From positions 16,637 to 80,636 of the forward strand of contig JAWCLR010000001.1 in assembly GCA_038850615.1 (NCBI GenBank): a stretch of 64,000 nucleotides of DNA, given 5' to 3'. A program made the translations under genes and the position numbers. The notes below the pieces were generated by a model. The model had not been told where the DNA came from, ran no database searches, and saw only the letters and a list, made by a program, of their open reading frames with translations. Origin of the DNA: Candidatus Woesearchaeota archaeon (GTDB lineage: Archaea > Nanobdellota > Nanobdellia > Woesearchaeales > ARS49). Positions 9,347 to 19,980 of this stretch are shown piece after piece. How positions within the stretch are numbered: the first letter of the stretch is position 1; each line of letters begins with the position of its first letter.

Positions 9347-10219
9347 ATGAAGCACAATTGGCCTGTTACAATCCTTCTCGTGGGCTTGTTTTTGCTCGCG
9401 CAGGTAATAGGGCTTTTCATAATAAACTCATACATCGATGTCCAGAAGTCCGCAGAAACAGGCAGGGTTGAGTGGAAGCCGCTTCCTGCAGTGGCAGGGT
9501 TTGCTATGGAGCGCCCTGAAGCAGCTCCGGGAATCTCGGTTTTTTACATCCTGCTGGCGTTGCTGATTGGCACCATCCTGATACTGCTTATAATCAGGAT
9601 GCAAAAGGTGATTTTGTGGAAAATATGGTTCTGGCTTGCTGTTGTGCTGTGTTTGCACATTGCTTTTGCAGCGTTCATGCCTGTCGGCTGGGCTCTTTTG
9701 TTTGCGCTTGTGCTTGGCTCACTGAAGATTTTCAGGCCAGGCATCCTCGTGCACAATGCCACTGAACTTTTCATTTACGGCGGGCTTGCTGTCATCTTTG
9801 TGCCATTGCTTACCCCTCCGACAGCAATTATCCTACTATTGCTGATTTCATGCTACGACATGTATGCTGTTTGGCGCTCACAGCACATGGCAAAAATGGC
9901 GCAGTTCCAGGCAAAAAGCGGCATTTTTGCAGGATTGTTGCTCCCTTATGCACCAAAAAAGATTGTGCTTAAGGTGCCGAAAAAGCAAGGTGTGCTCAAA
10001 ACAGCAATTCTTGGCGGAGGCGACATAGGGTTCACATTGATTTTTGCAGGCGTCGTAATGAAAACGTTTGGCTTGCAACAGGCAGCCGTCATCGCGCTCG
10101 GCGCAGCGATTGCGCTTTTTGCGCTTTTGTTTTTCGGCCAGAAAAAAAGGTTTTATCCTGCAATGCCTTTCTTGACAGCAGGATGCCTCATCTGCTATGC
10201 TATTGTTTGCCTGCTGTGA
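9347..10219 (+). CDS. Presenilin-family intramembrane aspartyl protease
   Basis: Multiple TM helices with YD, LGGGD and PAMP motifs. Confidence 0.92.
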   Translation: MKHNWPVTILLVGLFLLAQVIGLFIINSYIDVQKSAETGRVEWKPLPAVAGFAMERPEAAPGISVFYILLALLIGTILILLIIRMQKVILWKIWFWLAVVLCLHIAFAAFMPVGWALLFALVLGSLKIFRPGILVHNATELFIYGGLAVIFVPLLTPPTAIILLLLISCYDMYAVWRSQHMAKMAQFQAKSGIFAGLLLPYAPKKIVLKVPKKQGVLKTAILGGGDIGFTLIFAGVVMKTFGLQQAAVIALGAAIALFALLFFGQKKRFYPAMPFLTAGCLICYAIVCLL

Positions 10220-11024
10220 ATAGGCTCAACGGCTTTTGCTTGAGTTCTGCAGAATAAGATGCGGGGTCAAGCGTCATTCCGTCCTCTGCAGATATGACCT
10301 GCACCCCTGATTGTCTCTTTATCTCCCTTGCTTCGTACAATGGATTTGCGTCAAGCATTTTTTGCAAGAAATGAGTCAAAATGCACAGTTTTGGCTTTGC
10401 CTTCCTGAGAATTTTTACTGCATCTGCAGAGCACAGCCCCTGCTCTTTGCCTTTGCCTGGGCGCTGGCAGTTTATGACAAGTATGTCTGCACCCCCATAC
10501 TCATCAGCAAGTTTTGGGTCATAATTCGTGTCTCCTGTGTATGTAAGCACAAATTCTGGTGTGAAAATCTTGAATCCAAGTGCGCGAAGGTCTGAATGCT
10601 TTGCAAAGAGAGGGTGTACTTCTATGTTTTCTATACCTATTTTTTTGTTTGGCTGTGCAACAATTATTTTTTCAAGGTGGTTCGCAAAATGTGCGTGCAA
10701 AACTGGCTTTATGTATTCTGTGCCGTTGATTATGCTTTCTGGCGCTACAAGGACTCCGTGGCTGTCAAGCCCGTTCAGGGTCATCGCATTAATCAATGCA
10801 TTGAGGTCGTTGCAGTGGTTTAAATGTGCATGAGAGACAAGTATTGCAGAATGTCCTCGGACATTTATTCCGCACAATGCGGCATTTGTCAAGGCGCCTG
10901 GCCCTGGGTCAATGTGCAATTGGAGTTCATTGATTTTTATGACAAACCCCCCGGATGTTCTTGACTGCTTGCTGACTACTCCGAGATTTCCTGCAGTGCC
11001 CAAGAACACGAGTTGTGAATGCAT
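10200..11024 (-). CDS. MBL-fold metallo-hydrolase
   Basis: FLGT, IDPGPG, SHAHLNHCND, YTGDT and LTH motifs. Confidence 0.9.
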   Translation of the reverse strand: MHSQLVFLGTAGNLGVVSKQSRTSGGFVIKINELQLHIDPGPGALTNAALCGINVRGHSAILVSHAHLNHCNDLNALINAMTLNGLDSHGVLVAPESIINGTEYIKPVLHAHFANHLEKIIVAQPNKKIGIENIEVHPLFAKHSDLRALGFKIFTPEFVLTYTGDTNYDPKLADEYGGADILVINCQRPGKGKEQGLCSADAVKILRKAKPKLCILTHFLQKMLDANPLYEAREIKRQSGVQVISAEDGMTLDPASYSAELKQKPLSLFTAGKQ

Positions 11025-11078
11025 AATGCGTTGCCAAGTATTTATTTTTTATTAAGATTTGTAGACTACAGTATAAGT

Positions 11079-12134
11079 TCAGAATCGTGGGAGATGTACT
11101 GGCTGCAGGATGGTGCCGTTCTCAACAAGCCCTATGTGTTCAAGCCCGATTTTTCCTGCATACAAGGGTGTTGTGTTTCCGCCTTTTGCAATGAATTCCT
11201 CCAGCGCAAATTTTCCTTCGAGGTAAACGTGGTCTTTTATGAATCCGCCTGCTGAGGACGTGTCTTTCAAGCCACGCTTTACCCTGACTGTCATTGCAAA
11301 TGCTTCTTTTGGAGGAAAGAACTTGCAGAGCTCATTGAAAACATCCCTGAACCCTTTTTTTAAGGCAAGCGAGGCTGCAATTACTCTTCCTGCATACTTT
11401 CTTAGGCGGTTGTTTGTGAGGCATCCTGCTTTTTTTTCGTGCAGTGCAGCAAGCCCTTCTTCTGTTTTCAGATAACCGGGTATTGCATCTGTTGAAAAGA
11501 TTTCATACTGCTGCTTGTAGCCGTTCATTGACCTCAAAACATGGACTCCGACTTCATGGGCGAGCATGCATTTTATTCCATTCTCTGAGAACTTTGCTTT
11601 TTCGCTTATCACTATTGTCCTTTTGCTTGGGCTTACGGCCACTTTGGCAACAGAGGGTCTTATGCTTATGCGCCATCCTGTGAATCCGTGCTGTAGTAAT
11701 GCCTTTTCAATCGCTGCCTTCATGTATGTTGCAGTGTATGGCTTTGTTGGAATGGGCTCTTGTGGTATTTTTTCCAGTATTTCATATGCCTTGCGTATTA
11801 ATTCTCTTGAGGGTGTGCCGTAAAGTTGTGTGTTAGTGAATTTTTCTGTGCCGAGGTTTTCGAGTGATTTTATTTCCCTTAGCAGGCCTTCCTTGATGTT
11901 GCGGAACAATTGCCCAAGCGGCGTCCGCTCTGCAATATTTATTGCCTCAAGCCTTGTCCTCAGCACATTTGCCCTAGTAAAATGCCTATAAGTAAACTTG
12001 GGTTCGTAATTGTTGGATGCGAAGAATTCCCTTTCTTCCTCGTGCAGGTTTGTGGGGGTGAGAAAGGAAAGCAAGTGTGTTGTCTTGCTGATTTCAGAGA
12101 GTGCGCGGTCAGCGACACAAAGCGGTGTTGCCAT
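11079..12134 (-). CDS. DUF1704-family gluzincin-like metallopeptidase (MATCAP/QEGLA-related)
   Basis: HEVGVH, TEEGLA, RVKRG and KDHVYLEG motifs. Confidence 0.85.
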   Translation of the reverse strand: MATPLCVADRALSEISKTTHLLSFLTPTNLHEEEREFFASNNYEPKFTYRHFTRANVLRTRLEAINIAERTPLGQLFRNIKEGLLREIKSLENLGTEKFTNTQLYGTPSRELIRKAYEILEKIPQEPIPTKPYTATYMKAAIEKALLQHGFTGWRISIRPSVAKVAVSPSKRTIVISEKAKFSENGIKCMLAHEVGVHVLRSMNGYKQQYEIFSTDAIPGYLKTEEGLAALHEKKAGCLTNNRLRKYAGRVIAASLALKKGFRDVFNELCKFFPPKEAFAMTVRVKRGLKDTSSAGGFIKDHVYLEGKFALEEFIAKGGNTTPLYAGKIGLEHIGLVENGTILQPVHLPRF

Positions 12135-12186
12135 ATGTCGACTTTAAACCAGTAGATTTAAAAACGTTATTATGCTCAATTGTCGT

Positions 12187-12460
12187 GGGCGGGCTTTTCC
12201 GGGAGGTTAGCCGTCTCCTGTCACCGCAAATCGGCTTTATGGTGGGGAGAAGCAGTCCGAGCGGCCTAGGACGGAGCAAATGGTCCTGAACCGGACGTTG
12301 ACGTTCTGTCCTGCAGGGTTGCTCTTGTAGGAACCTGGTCAGGCGGGGAACCGAGCAGCCATAACTGTAAGGGTGAATGCTTGCAGGGGTGCGGAACCGA
12401 GAAAGGTTTGGGGTCAAACCGTTTGTTCTTTTCTATGTCCACCGGATTGCGCGCCCGCCC
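12187..12460 (+). ncRNA. ffs: Archaeal SRP (7S) RNA
   Basis: Terminal helix GGGCGGGC/GCCCGCCC; helix 8 CAGG-CGG-GGAA-CCG-AGCA; Alu hairpins with complementary loops AGCCG/CGGCT. Confidence 0.93.
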
Positions 12461-12500
12461 GCTTTTTTCTGGGGCAATCTTTAAATAAAACAGGAAATTT

Positions 12501-12662
12501 ATGGTCTGTATGAATATTTCAGTTGAAACCAATGGAAAGGTTGTGATAAGGTTTAAGGGAAAAGTGAATATGTCACAGGAAGTTTTGCTGTCAAAGGCAG
12601 ATGCAAAACGTCTTGGAGAAATCCTAAGCGCAGGAAAGTCAGAATCCTTTGAAACCAGTTAA
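12501..12662 (+). CDS. Small hypothetical protein (53 aa, below ORF-track cutoff)
   Basis: MVCMNISVETNGKVVIRFKGKVNMSQEVLLSKADAKRLGEILSAGKSESFETS; fills the gap, TTTAAATA upstream. Confidence 0.55.
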   Translation: MVCMNISVETNGKVVIRFKGKVNMSQEVLLSKADAKRLGEILSAGKSESFETS

Positions 12663-12665
12663 ATA

Positions 12666-15293
12666 TCAAACGATTACGATTGCCGGCTTTCCTGGCAGGG
12701 CGTTCTTTGCTTTTGGCTCCTGCGAGTCTTGTTCTTTCACTATTTCAACCGAGCAGCTGTATTCTTTTGCCAGTTGTTCCTTCATTTCCAGAAATGCAGC
12801 CATTTCTCTTTTCTGGCCGAGTATGTGTTCTGGGATTCTTCCTGGCTCCTGCACAAGCTTTGGAACCATTTTGCTTATTGCGTCGCCGTGCTTTCTTAAT
12901 GGTCCTGCCATTAGGTTCTTGATTATTTCGCCAGGATTCTTTGTTTTTTCAAGCTGCGCCTTTACTTCCTTGTAAAAGTCGTTCTTCCACTGGTCTGCTA
13001 TGAATAGTTTTATTGCCATTGGCTTCAGTATTTTTGTTAGCTTCAATACGTCGTTTATGTCGCCCAGCAGTTTGTTGTAAATCTTTTGCTGGTATTCAAG
13101 CTCGGGGTTTATCTTCTTGGCATCAAACTTTGGCCATTTTTGCGTGCAGGCAAATGGTTTTTTACCAAGCATTTCCCAAAGCTCTTCTGCAATATGCGGA
13201 ATGAATGGCGCAAGCATCAATGTCAATATTTCTAACGACTTCTGGTGCAGTGTTTGCCTTTTTTCAAGGAACTCAACGCAGTCCATTATTGCGATTATTG
13301 CCTTGTTGAGCTCGAATGTTGACATGTATTCTGTGACTGTCTTGAGTGTGCTGTGGATTTTGCTTTCTGCAATCTTGTCCGGCTTGTTTGTTTTCTCTTT
13401 TTTGTAGAGCGCTTCAAGTCTTTGGATGAATCTGAAGCTTCCTTGAACTCCTTCCTCGCTCCATTCTATGTCCTTGCCAGGCGATGCAACAAAGAGCATG
13501 AACAATCTTGCAGTATCTATGCCGTATTTTTGTTCAATTTCTTCTTGCGAGACTACGTTTCCATGGCTTTTGCTCATCTTTGCGCCATCCTTAAGCACCA
13601 TTCCCTGGTTGAAAAGTGCCTTGAATGGCTCTCCGAACTTGAGCAATCCTAGATCCCTGAGCACTTTTGTGAAGAATCTTGCGTAGAGTAAGTGCATTAC
13701 TGCGTGTTCTGCTCCGCCTATGTACTGGTCTACTGGCATCCAGTATTTTATTTTTTCAGGGTTGAATGGTTGTTTTTTCTCTTTGTTCGAGCAGTATCTT
13801 AGGAAGTACCATGAGCTGTCCACGAATGTGTCCATTGTGTCTGTCTCTCTTTTTGCTTGGTTTTTGCACTTGGGGCATTTCACGTTTACAAAGCTTGGGG
13901 TGTTCGCAAGGGGATTTCCTTGTCCTGTGAATTTGACGTTTTCAGGCAGTTTTACCGGTAGGTCTTTTTCCGGAACAGGCACTGTGCCACATTGAGGGCA
14001 ATAAATTATTGGTATTGGTGTTCCCCAGTATCTTTGTCTTGAAATGAGCCAGTCGCGCAGCTTGTAGCTTACTGTTGCCCCGCCTGCTTTTTTCTTTTCA
14101 AGCGCGACTGTGATTTCGTGTCTTGCTTGTTGTGATGGCAATCCGCTGAATTCTCCTGAATTGAACAGGATTCCTTCATCAACGTAAGGAAGTTCTGGTT
14201 CTCTGTCTTTTGGTTTTATTACAGGGATTATCGGGATATTGTATTTTTTTGCGAATGCATAGTCGCGCGTGTCGTGTGCAGGAACTGCCATTACCGCTCC
14301 TGTGCCGTAGTCAAGCAGGACAAAGTTTGCAATGTATATTGGCACGTCCTTGCCTGTGAATGGGTGTATTACGTACCTCCCGATGAACATTCCTTCTTTT
14401 TCCTTGTCCTCTGCAGCGCGGGAGAACTTTTCTTCCATCACAACCTTGTTTGTAAACTTCTTGACTTCTTCCTCATACTTTGTGCCGTGGACCAGTTCAT
14501 GAACTATTGGGTGCTCTGGAGCGATGACCACGAAAGTCAGGCCGAAAAGAGTGTCTGGCCTTGTTGTGAAGACAGGCAGTTTTTTGTCAGAGTCCTTTAT
14601 TTGGAATTCTATGAGTGTTCCTTCGCTTCTTCCTATCCAGTTTTTTTGCATTATTTTTATTCTTTCAGGCCAGTTGAGGTTGTCAATCTCCTTGAGCAAT
14701 TCATCAGCATATGCTGTTATTTTGAAGAACCACTGCTCCAAGTCCCTGACTTCTACTTTGCTTTCGCACCTCCAGCATTTTCCGTCAACCACTTGTTCGT
14801 TTGCAAGGACTGTTCCGCATGACGGGCACCAATTTATTGGTGCGTGCTTGCGGTAAGCAAGGCCTTTTTCAAGGAATTTTAGGAAGAAGTACTGGTTCCA
14901 CTTGTAGTATTCAGGATAGCACGTGGCGAGTGTTCTGTCCCAGTCATAACTGAAGCCAAGGCGCTTCATGCTTCCTGTCAGTGAAGCGATTGCTTTTTCA
15001 GTGTATTCTTTAGGGTGTATTTTTTGCTTTATTGCCGCATTTTCTGCAGGCAGTCCAAAGGCATCAAAGCCCATTGGGTAAAGCACGTTGTAGCCGGTCA
15101 TTCTCTTGTAGCGGGCTATTGTATCTCCTATTGCGTAATTGCGCATGTGTCCAGCATGAAGGCCGTAAGCAGAAGGGTAAGGGAACATTTCAAGGTTGTA
15201 GAACTTGGGCTTCTTTGACTTGTCTCTTGTCTTGAATACTTTTTTTTCGTTCCATCTTGCTTGCCATTTTGGAACAATTGCGCGTTGGTCCAT
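12666..15293 (-). CDS. leuS: Leucine--tRNA ligase (bacterial-type core, archaeal-type C-terminus)
   Basis: [59 protein letters not shown]; ends [11 protein letters not shown]. Confidence 0.97.
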   Translation of the reverse strand: MDQRAIVPKWQARWNEKKVFKTRDKSKKPKFYNLEMFPYPSAYGLHAGHMRNYAIGDTIARYKRMTGYNVLYPMGFDAFGLPAENAAIKQKIHPKEYTEKAIASLTGSMKRLGFSYDWDRTLATCYPEYYKWNQYFFLKFLEKGLAYRKHAPINWCPSCGTVLANEQVVDGKCWRCESKVEVRDLEQWFFKITAYADELLKEIDNLNWPERIKIMQKNWIGRSEGTLIEFQIKDSDKKLPVFTTRPDTLFGLTFVVIAPEHPIVHELVHGTKYEEEVKKFTNKVVMEEKFSRAAEDKEKEGMFIGRYVIHPFTGKDVPIYIANFVLLDYGTGAVMAVPAHDTRDYAFAKKYNIPIIPVIKPKDREPELPYVDEGILFNSGEFSGLPSQQARHEITVALEKKKAGGATVSYKLRDWLISRQRYWGTPIPIIYCPQCGTVPVPEKDLPVKLPENVKFTGQGNPLANTPSFVNVKCPKCKNQAKRETDTMDTFVDSSWYFLRYCSNKEKKQPFNPEKIKYWMPVDQYIGGAEHAVMHLLYARFFTKVLRDLGLLKFGEPFKALFNQGMVLKDGAKMSKSHGNVVSQEEIEQKYGIDTARLFMLFVASPGKDIEWSEEGVQGSFRFIQRLEALYKKEKTNKPDKIAESKIHSTLKTVTEYMSTFELNKAIIAIMDCVEFLEKRQTLHQKSLEILTLMLAPFIPHIAEELWEMLGKKPFACTQKWPKFDAKKINPELEYQQKIYNKLLGDINDVLKLTKILKPMAIKLFIADQWKNDFYKEVKAQLEKTKNPGEIIKNLMAGPLRKHGDAISKMVPKLVQEPGRIPEHILGQKREMAAFLEMKEQLAKEYSCSVEIVKEQDSQEPKAKNALPGKPAIVIV

Positions 15294-15317
15294 ATTCAAG
15301 AACTGAAAGTGACTCGT

Positions 15318-15881
15318 TTAAAAACCTTTCTGGCGACGTAGCATTTCAACAAGCCCTGGAGCCAAGACTGGCTTGCCATTCCTTAAGACGTATTTGTAAG
15401 GCAATTGCACGCTTTCTCCTTCGCGTATGTCTATGTCAACGTGGTGTGTGAATCTTATCTTGCTTAATGGCAGTCCTGATAGTATTGTGTGCGCTACAAG
15501 GACTGCTGTGTCTGTGCTCATTTGTTCCTTCCCCATATTTCTTGCCTCAACGCAAGGCATTTTTATTCGCAGTTCCTTTGTCCTTCCGCGAGGCGGATGG
15601 TCTCCAAGTATTCCGCCGAGTATTATGTGGCTGAATTTCTTAGCTTCTTTTGGCGTGAGTGTTTTGTTTGCCTCTGCGTCGAGGATTACAGGATTTTCAA
15701 GCTTCATCTCAGTTACGCTTTTGGAAAATACCTTACCAAGCCTTCGCAGTTGAGCTTTGCCTGTTTTGACGTTTGTGAACCACAAGTTCTCTTTGCCAAC
15801 GATTGATGATATGTGTTTGTATTCAAGATAGCACCACTTCCACACCCTTGGCTCCATATGCTCTATGATAAAAACAGGCAT
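15318..15881 (-). CDS. SPOUT methyltransferase, Sfm1/DUF431 family
   Basis: IIEHME, LEY, GGILGDHPPRGRT, QMSTDTAV. Confidence 0.88.
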   Translation of the reverse strand: MPVFIIEHMEPRVWKWCYLEYKHISSIVGKENLWFTNVKTGKAQLRRLGKVFSKSVTEMKLENPVILDAEANKTLTPKEAKKFSHIILGGILGDHPPRGRTKELRIKMPCVEARNMGKEQMSTDTAVLVAHTILSGLPLSKIRFTHHVDIDIREGESVQLPYKYVLRNGKPVLAPGLVEMLRRQKGF

Positions 15882-15936
15882 AATTGTTGTGTTAACCAGC
15901 TAATATTTAAATAAAGTGGGGCAAAAAGCAGTTTTT

Positions 15937-16655
15937 ATGAAAGAACAGCTTGAATACAGGGAGCTTGCAAAGTATTACGATTTAATCTATTCGAAGGAAA
16001 ACACCAAAAAAGAAGTGGATTTAATAAAAAAATAATTAAAAAATACAAAAAGTCCAGCGGCAACACGCTTCTTGATGTTGGCTGCGGAACAGGAAGGCAC
16101 CTGTTTTACCTGAAAAAGGATTTCAAGTGCACTGGTGTTGACCTAAACAAGGAAATTCTGAAAATTGCCAGAAAAAAAGTGAATGGTGTAACCTACAGGC
16201 AGGCTGACATGACAAAATTAAACATTGGAAGGAAATTTGACATTATTATCTCGCTTTTCAGCGCAATTGGCTATGTCAAGACCTTGAAAAATCTTAAGAG
16301 AACAATCAATGGCTTTTCCAGGCACCTGAAGAAGGGCGGAATTGTGATAATCGAGCCTTGGTACACTAAGTCGCAGTTCATAAAAGGAAAAGTCACTTTC
16401 AGAGTGTACGAAAGCAATGGAATGAAAATTGCGCGCCTTATGCTGAGCGATAGGAAGAACTCACTCTCATGGTTTGATGAACACACGCTGATTTGGGAAA
16501 AAGGTAAAGGTGTAAGGTATTTAAGAGGCAGGGATTACCTTGGCCTTTTTGAGATAAAAGACACGCTGAAGATAATGAAGAATGCAAAGCTAAAAGCATT
16601 TTACATCAAGAACACTCCCAAAGACCGCGGTCTTTATGTGGGGATAAAAGAATAA
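15937..16655 (+). pseudogene. Class I SAM-dependent methyltransferase interrupted by a -1 frameshift at an A7 run
   Basis: ATG 15937 (..ELAKYYDLIY..) stops at TAA 16033-16035. The -1 frame continues IIKKYKKSSGNTLLDVGCGTGRHL into ORF 16179-16655. Confidence 0.85.
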
Positions 16656-16662
16656 AAAAAAT

Positions 16663-16860
16663 TTAGCCTTTCTTAAACTGCCCAGCAGTGTCTATCAGGT
16701 CCACATGCCCGAGGAACATTGCCCTGCAGCAGTACCTTTCAAGCCCTAAGTCGTCAAGCACTGCCTTTTTTGACTCTCCCTTGTCAACGCGCTCCTTGTA
16801 CTTTTCCCAGAGGTGGGCTATTGGTTTTCCGCAGCTCCAGCACCTTATTGGTATTATCAT
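16663..16860 (-). CDS. rpoN: RNA polymerase subunit N (Rpo10)
   Basis: MIIPIRCWSCGK and RYCCR. Confidence 0.97.
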   Translation of the reverse strand: MIIPIRCWSCGKPIAHLWEKYKERVDKGESKKAVLDDLGLERYCCRAMFLGHVDLIDTAGQFKKG

Positions 16861-16867
16861 TCTGGCA

Positions 16868-17263
16868 TCACCTGTATGATGTTTGCCTCAATGCCCTTGC
16901 CTTTCCGTGGCGGTTGGGCTTGTGCGTTTCTTTCCTGCGAACATCTGCAACAAGCAGTACCCTATCATAGTCAAGGAATTTCTTCTGCAGCGTCTTGTCG
17001 TAGGCAGCCAATGCCTTTGCAACGACAAGTCTCGCTGCTTCTGCCTGGCTGCTTGTTCCGCCGCCGCAGACAGACACGTTTATGTTCACGCTCTTTGCCT
17101 TGTCACCTGCTATTATGAGGGGCTCCTGTATCTTGAGCCTTGACATTGCTGGCTCGTAAGTATCAAGCAATTGCGAATTTATCCTTACGATTCCCGCACC
17201 AGGCACGAGCGTTGCCCTTGCAACAGCGCTTTTTCGTGTTCCTGAAACGTGAATTGACTTCAT
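16868..17263 (-). CDS. rps9: 30S ribosomal protein S9
   Basis: SGTRKSAVARA, GGG, YDRVLLVADVR, QTSYR. Confidence 0.97.
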   Translation of the reverse strand: MKSIHVSGTRKSAVARATLVPGAGIVRINSQLLDTYEPAMSRLKIQEPLIIAGDKAKSVNINVSVCGGGTSSQAEAARLVVAKALAAYDKTLQKKFLDYDRVLLVADVRRKETHKPNRHGKARALRQTSYR

Positions 17264-17691
17264 CCAAATCTGCCTCCAAGTGACCTGCATATCTCCCCTA
17301 TCGTAACGAGCTTCATTGTGCGCTTGTGCTTGCTGTTTGCCCAGGCAAGCGTCTGCATTTTGATTCCCTTGAATTCTTCAGGCACCCCAACATAGCACAT
17401 TATGCGCTTGAATGCTGCTGCACCGCGCGGTTTCTTATGCGGAAGCATTCCCCTTATCTGCCTGCGCACAAACCTGTCCGGCAAGCGGGACAGGAACGGT
17501 CCTTTTTGGGGCTGTCCAGTTTCCTTTATGAGGTGCCTGTAATTCTCCACATTGAATTTCTTGCCTCCAGTCATTATTGCCTTTTCACAGTTGAAGATGT
17601 TTACCGAGTGACCAAGCAGGGCCTGCTTCGCTACGTAACTGGCCATCCTTCCGACAATGAGGTTTGTTGCGTCAATGTTTATTTCGGCCAT
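17260..17691 (-). CDS. rpl13: 50S ribosomal protein L13
   Basis: IDA..IVGRMAS, IRGMLPHK, YVGVP. Confidence 0.96.
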   Translation of the reverse strand: MAEINIDATNLIVGRMASYVAKQALLGHSVNIFNCEKAIMTGGKKFNVENYRHLIKETGQPQKGPFLSRLPDRFVRRQIRGMLPHKKPRGAAAFKRIMCYVGVPEEFKGIKMQTLAWANSKHKRTMKLVTIGEICRSLGGRFG

Positions 17692-17696
17692 AAGCA

Positions 17697-18059
17697 TCAT
17701 CCTATTATTCGAACGTCCTTTCCTTTCGGGTTCTGTTTCACAAGCTCCTGTATTGTGAGGCATTTTCCTTTTGCCTGTTCTATGCGCTCTCTTGCACCGC
17801 TTGAAAATGCAAATGCTGCAACAACAAGTCCGTGCTCTAGTACTCCTGACCCAAGCACTTTGCCTGGCACAACAACAGTTTCGTTTGCCTTTGTATGCCT
17901 GTTGAGCCTTGAAAGGTTGACTACTCTCCTCTTCCGCGTCGGCATTTCAAGGTCTTCTGCCACTCTTGACCAGATTTTAGCCTTCTGAGTGCTGCTTTCC
18001 TTGCGCAATTCCATGATCAGCGCGCGCATATGCTCGTTTGTTGGTCCTGTTCTTTTCAT
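17697..18059 (-). CDS. rpl18e: 50S ribosomal protein L18e
   Basis: VNLSRLNR, VVPGKVLGSG. Confidence 0.96.
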   Translation of the reverse strand: MKRTGPTNEHMRALIMELRKESSTQKAKIWSRVAEDLEMPTRKRRVVNLSRLNRHTKANETVVVPGKVLGSGVLEHGLVVAAFAFSSGARERIEQAKGKCLTIQELVKQNPKGKDVRIIG

Positions 18060-18072
18060 AGCAACTCTGGTA

Positions 18073-18158
18073 TGGCGGGGAAGGGATTTGAACCCTCGCA
18101 CCCACTAAGGGACTACCCCCTCAAGGTAGCGCATTTGACCAGGCTCTGCCACCCCGCC
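18073..18158 (-). tRNA. tRNA-Leu(GAG)
   Basis: Acceptor GGCGGGG/CCCCGCC, anticodon arm CTACC-TTGAGGG-GGTAG, long variable arm, GGTTCAAATCC; CCA not encoded. Confidence 0.95.
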
Positions 18159-18184
18159 ATGTTTAGGGTGTTGCCCGGCAAGCG

Positions 18185-18967
18185 TTACTTGCCAAGCCTT
18201 TCCTCGAATTCTTCCAAGGATTCGAGGAGCATGTCAGCGGCGGCAGTTGCGATTTCCTTGGGCGACAACTGCCCCCACGGCTCAATTCCGAACAAAAAGT
18301 TGTTCGGGTTGTATTCTATTTTGACTATTTCGGGGCAGACCCCTTCGCAGGCGTCTACCAAGTTGTTTGTTGTTATCAGCTTTTTGTCTATCTTGCCGTC
18401 CTTGTCAAAGATTTGCGGCGGGTATCTCGCCTTGAATTCCGCAAACTTCGGGCTGTCGTTGTTGACCGTGATTATTGGCTCGTATACATACCACGCCAGG
18501 CAGGGGCTCCACTTGACATGGTTTTTGCCCTGACCAAGCGTTGCTGTTGCCTCAAGCTCGAGTTCCTGCCCTTTCAGCAACTTCACTATCGGCATGTCGC
18601 CATATACGGGCTTTACTTTCGGGTCCTTGCTCTTGATGTCTGAAGCGTAGACTGTGCAGGGTCCCTTTGCCTTGAGCGTCATCTTGAGCGTGCACCTGTT
18701 GCATCCTTCACCCTTGCACTTGCATTTCGACGGCAAGACGTAGCTTTTGAGGTCTGTCTTGATTGGCAGTAATCCCAGCCTATGCGCGATTATTTCATCA
18801 TAGAGCACCGAGCTGTTTTCCCTGAACTCGACCGTGTCGATTGCCATTGTCGGCACGCTTTCCATCATAACGCGACGCATCACGTTAGCAAATGCAGGTA
18901 TTGCGTCCTTCAGCAAAAAAGTCACACGTCCTGTTTTCTTGTCCTCATCAAGGAATTCTATGTTCAT
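18185..18967 (-). CDS. rpoD: RNA polymerase subunit D (Rpo3)
   Basis: [26 protein letters not shown], Cys cluster. Confidence 0.97.
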   Translation of the reverse strand: MNIEFLDEDKKTGRVTFLLKDAIPAFANVMRRVMMESVPTMAIDTVEFRENSSVLYDEIIAHRLGLLPIKTDLKSYVLPSKCKCKGEGCNRCTLKMTLKAKGPCTVYASDIKSKDPKVKPVYGDMPIVKLLKGQELELEATATLGQGKNHVKWSPCLAWYVYEPIITVNNDSPKFAEFKARYPPQIFDKDGKIDKKLITTNNLVDACEGVCPEIVKIEYNPNNFLFGIEPWGQLSPKEIATAAADMLLESLEEFEERLGK

Positions 18968-19362
18968 ACCCTTCGCCCCCGTTTTCCGCCCTTTTTCCTG
19001 CAGCCGCCGTGAGGCATTGGAGTGACGTCCTCAATTAGCCCTATGCGCAGGCCCATTCGGCTTAGTGCTCGGATTGCTGCTTGGGCTCCTGGTCCTGGGT
19101 TGTGCGGACCGTTGTGACCTCCTGGCGCCTTGACTTTCACGTGCAATCCTCCTATGCCTTTGTCCTTTGCTATCTCTGCTGCCCGCTTTGCAGCCATCAT
19201 TGCTGCTGTTGGCGAGCCCTCCATTCGGTCGCTCTTGACCATCATCCCTCCGGATGCTACCGCAAGGGTTTCTGTGCCTGAAATGTCTGTGATGTGTATG
19301 ATTGTATCATTGTAGCTTGCATAAATGTGCGCGACTCCCCAGCGCAAAGGTGATGAGCTCAT
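18964..19362 (-). CDS. rps11: 30S ribosomal protein S11
   Basis: [31 protein letters not shown]. Confidence 0.97.
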   Translation of the reverse strand: MSSSPLRWGVAHIYASYNDTIIHITDISGTETLAVASGGMMVKSDRMEGSPTAAMMAAKRAAEIAKDKGIGGLHVKVKAPGGHNGPHNPGPGAQAAIRALSRMGLRIGLIEDVTPMPHGGCRKKGGKRGRRV

Positions 19363-19961
19363 TTGCGCACCTCCCTTTTGCGCGACGGTCCCTTGCGCGG
19401 ACCTTGGCGCTCAGCATCTTGTGGTGTGGGAGGCTCAGTGGCTTTTGGCGGCAACGCGCGCTCTGGGTGGGCTGTATTTGCAAAACTTGATGTCGGGACA
19501 AATGCTATGCTCGCTTCTTCACTAACATGGACGTTGTAGCTTGGTGATGAAACCCTGCGGTTGCCGACAAGTATGTGCTCATGGACTATCATCTGCCTTG
19601 CTTGGTTGATGCTTCTTGCAAGGCCCTTTCTGAAAACCATTGTCTGCAACCTTCTTTCAAGGATGTTTGTGAGCTGAATTCCAAGGACATCGTCAAGTTG
19701 TGCACCCTGCTCGACAAGCCCCATCTTCGCAAGCCTTGCCAGCAGTTGGGTTTTTTCCTTTTCTGCCTGGCTTCCCCTTGCCGCAATGAGTTTTTTCGCG
19801 AGGTCTGAGAATGTCTTGAGTTTTGAACGCGCCCTGTATATTTCTGTCTTGTTCTTGAGCCCATATTTCTTCAGGAGGGTGCGCTCTTCCTCAATGCGCT
19901 CCTTCTGCCAAGGGTGTCCTGGCCTGTTGTACTTGCTCTTGATTTTTCTTGGATCGCCCAT
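19359..19961 (-). CDS. rps4: 30S ribosomal protein S4
   Basis: MGDPR..HPW, YGLKNK, LERRLQT. Confidence 0.97.
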   Translation of the reverse strand: MGDPRKIKSKYNRPGHPWQKERIEEERTLLKKYGLKNKTEIYRARSKLKTFSDLAKKLIAARGSQAEKEKTQLLARLAKMGLVEQGAQLDDVLGIQLTNILERRLQTMVFRKGLARSINQARQMIVHEHILVGNRRVSSPSYNVHVSEEASIAFVPTSSFANTAHPERALPPKATEPPTPQDAERQGPRKGPSRKREVRK

Positions 19962-19980
19962 ATTCTACCAATTAACCGGT

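Noticed and set aside
12101..12532. Several short ORFs around 12.1-12.5 kb
   Set aside because: Explained by the SRP RNA gene.
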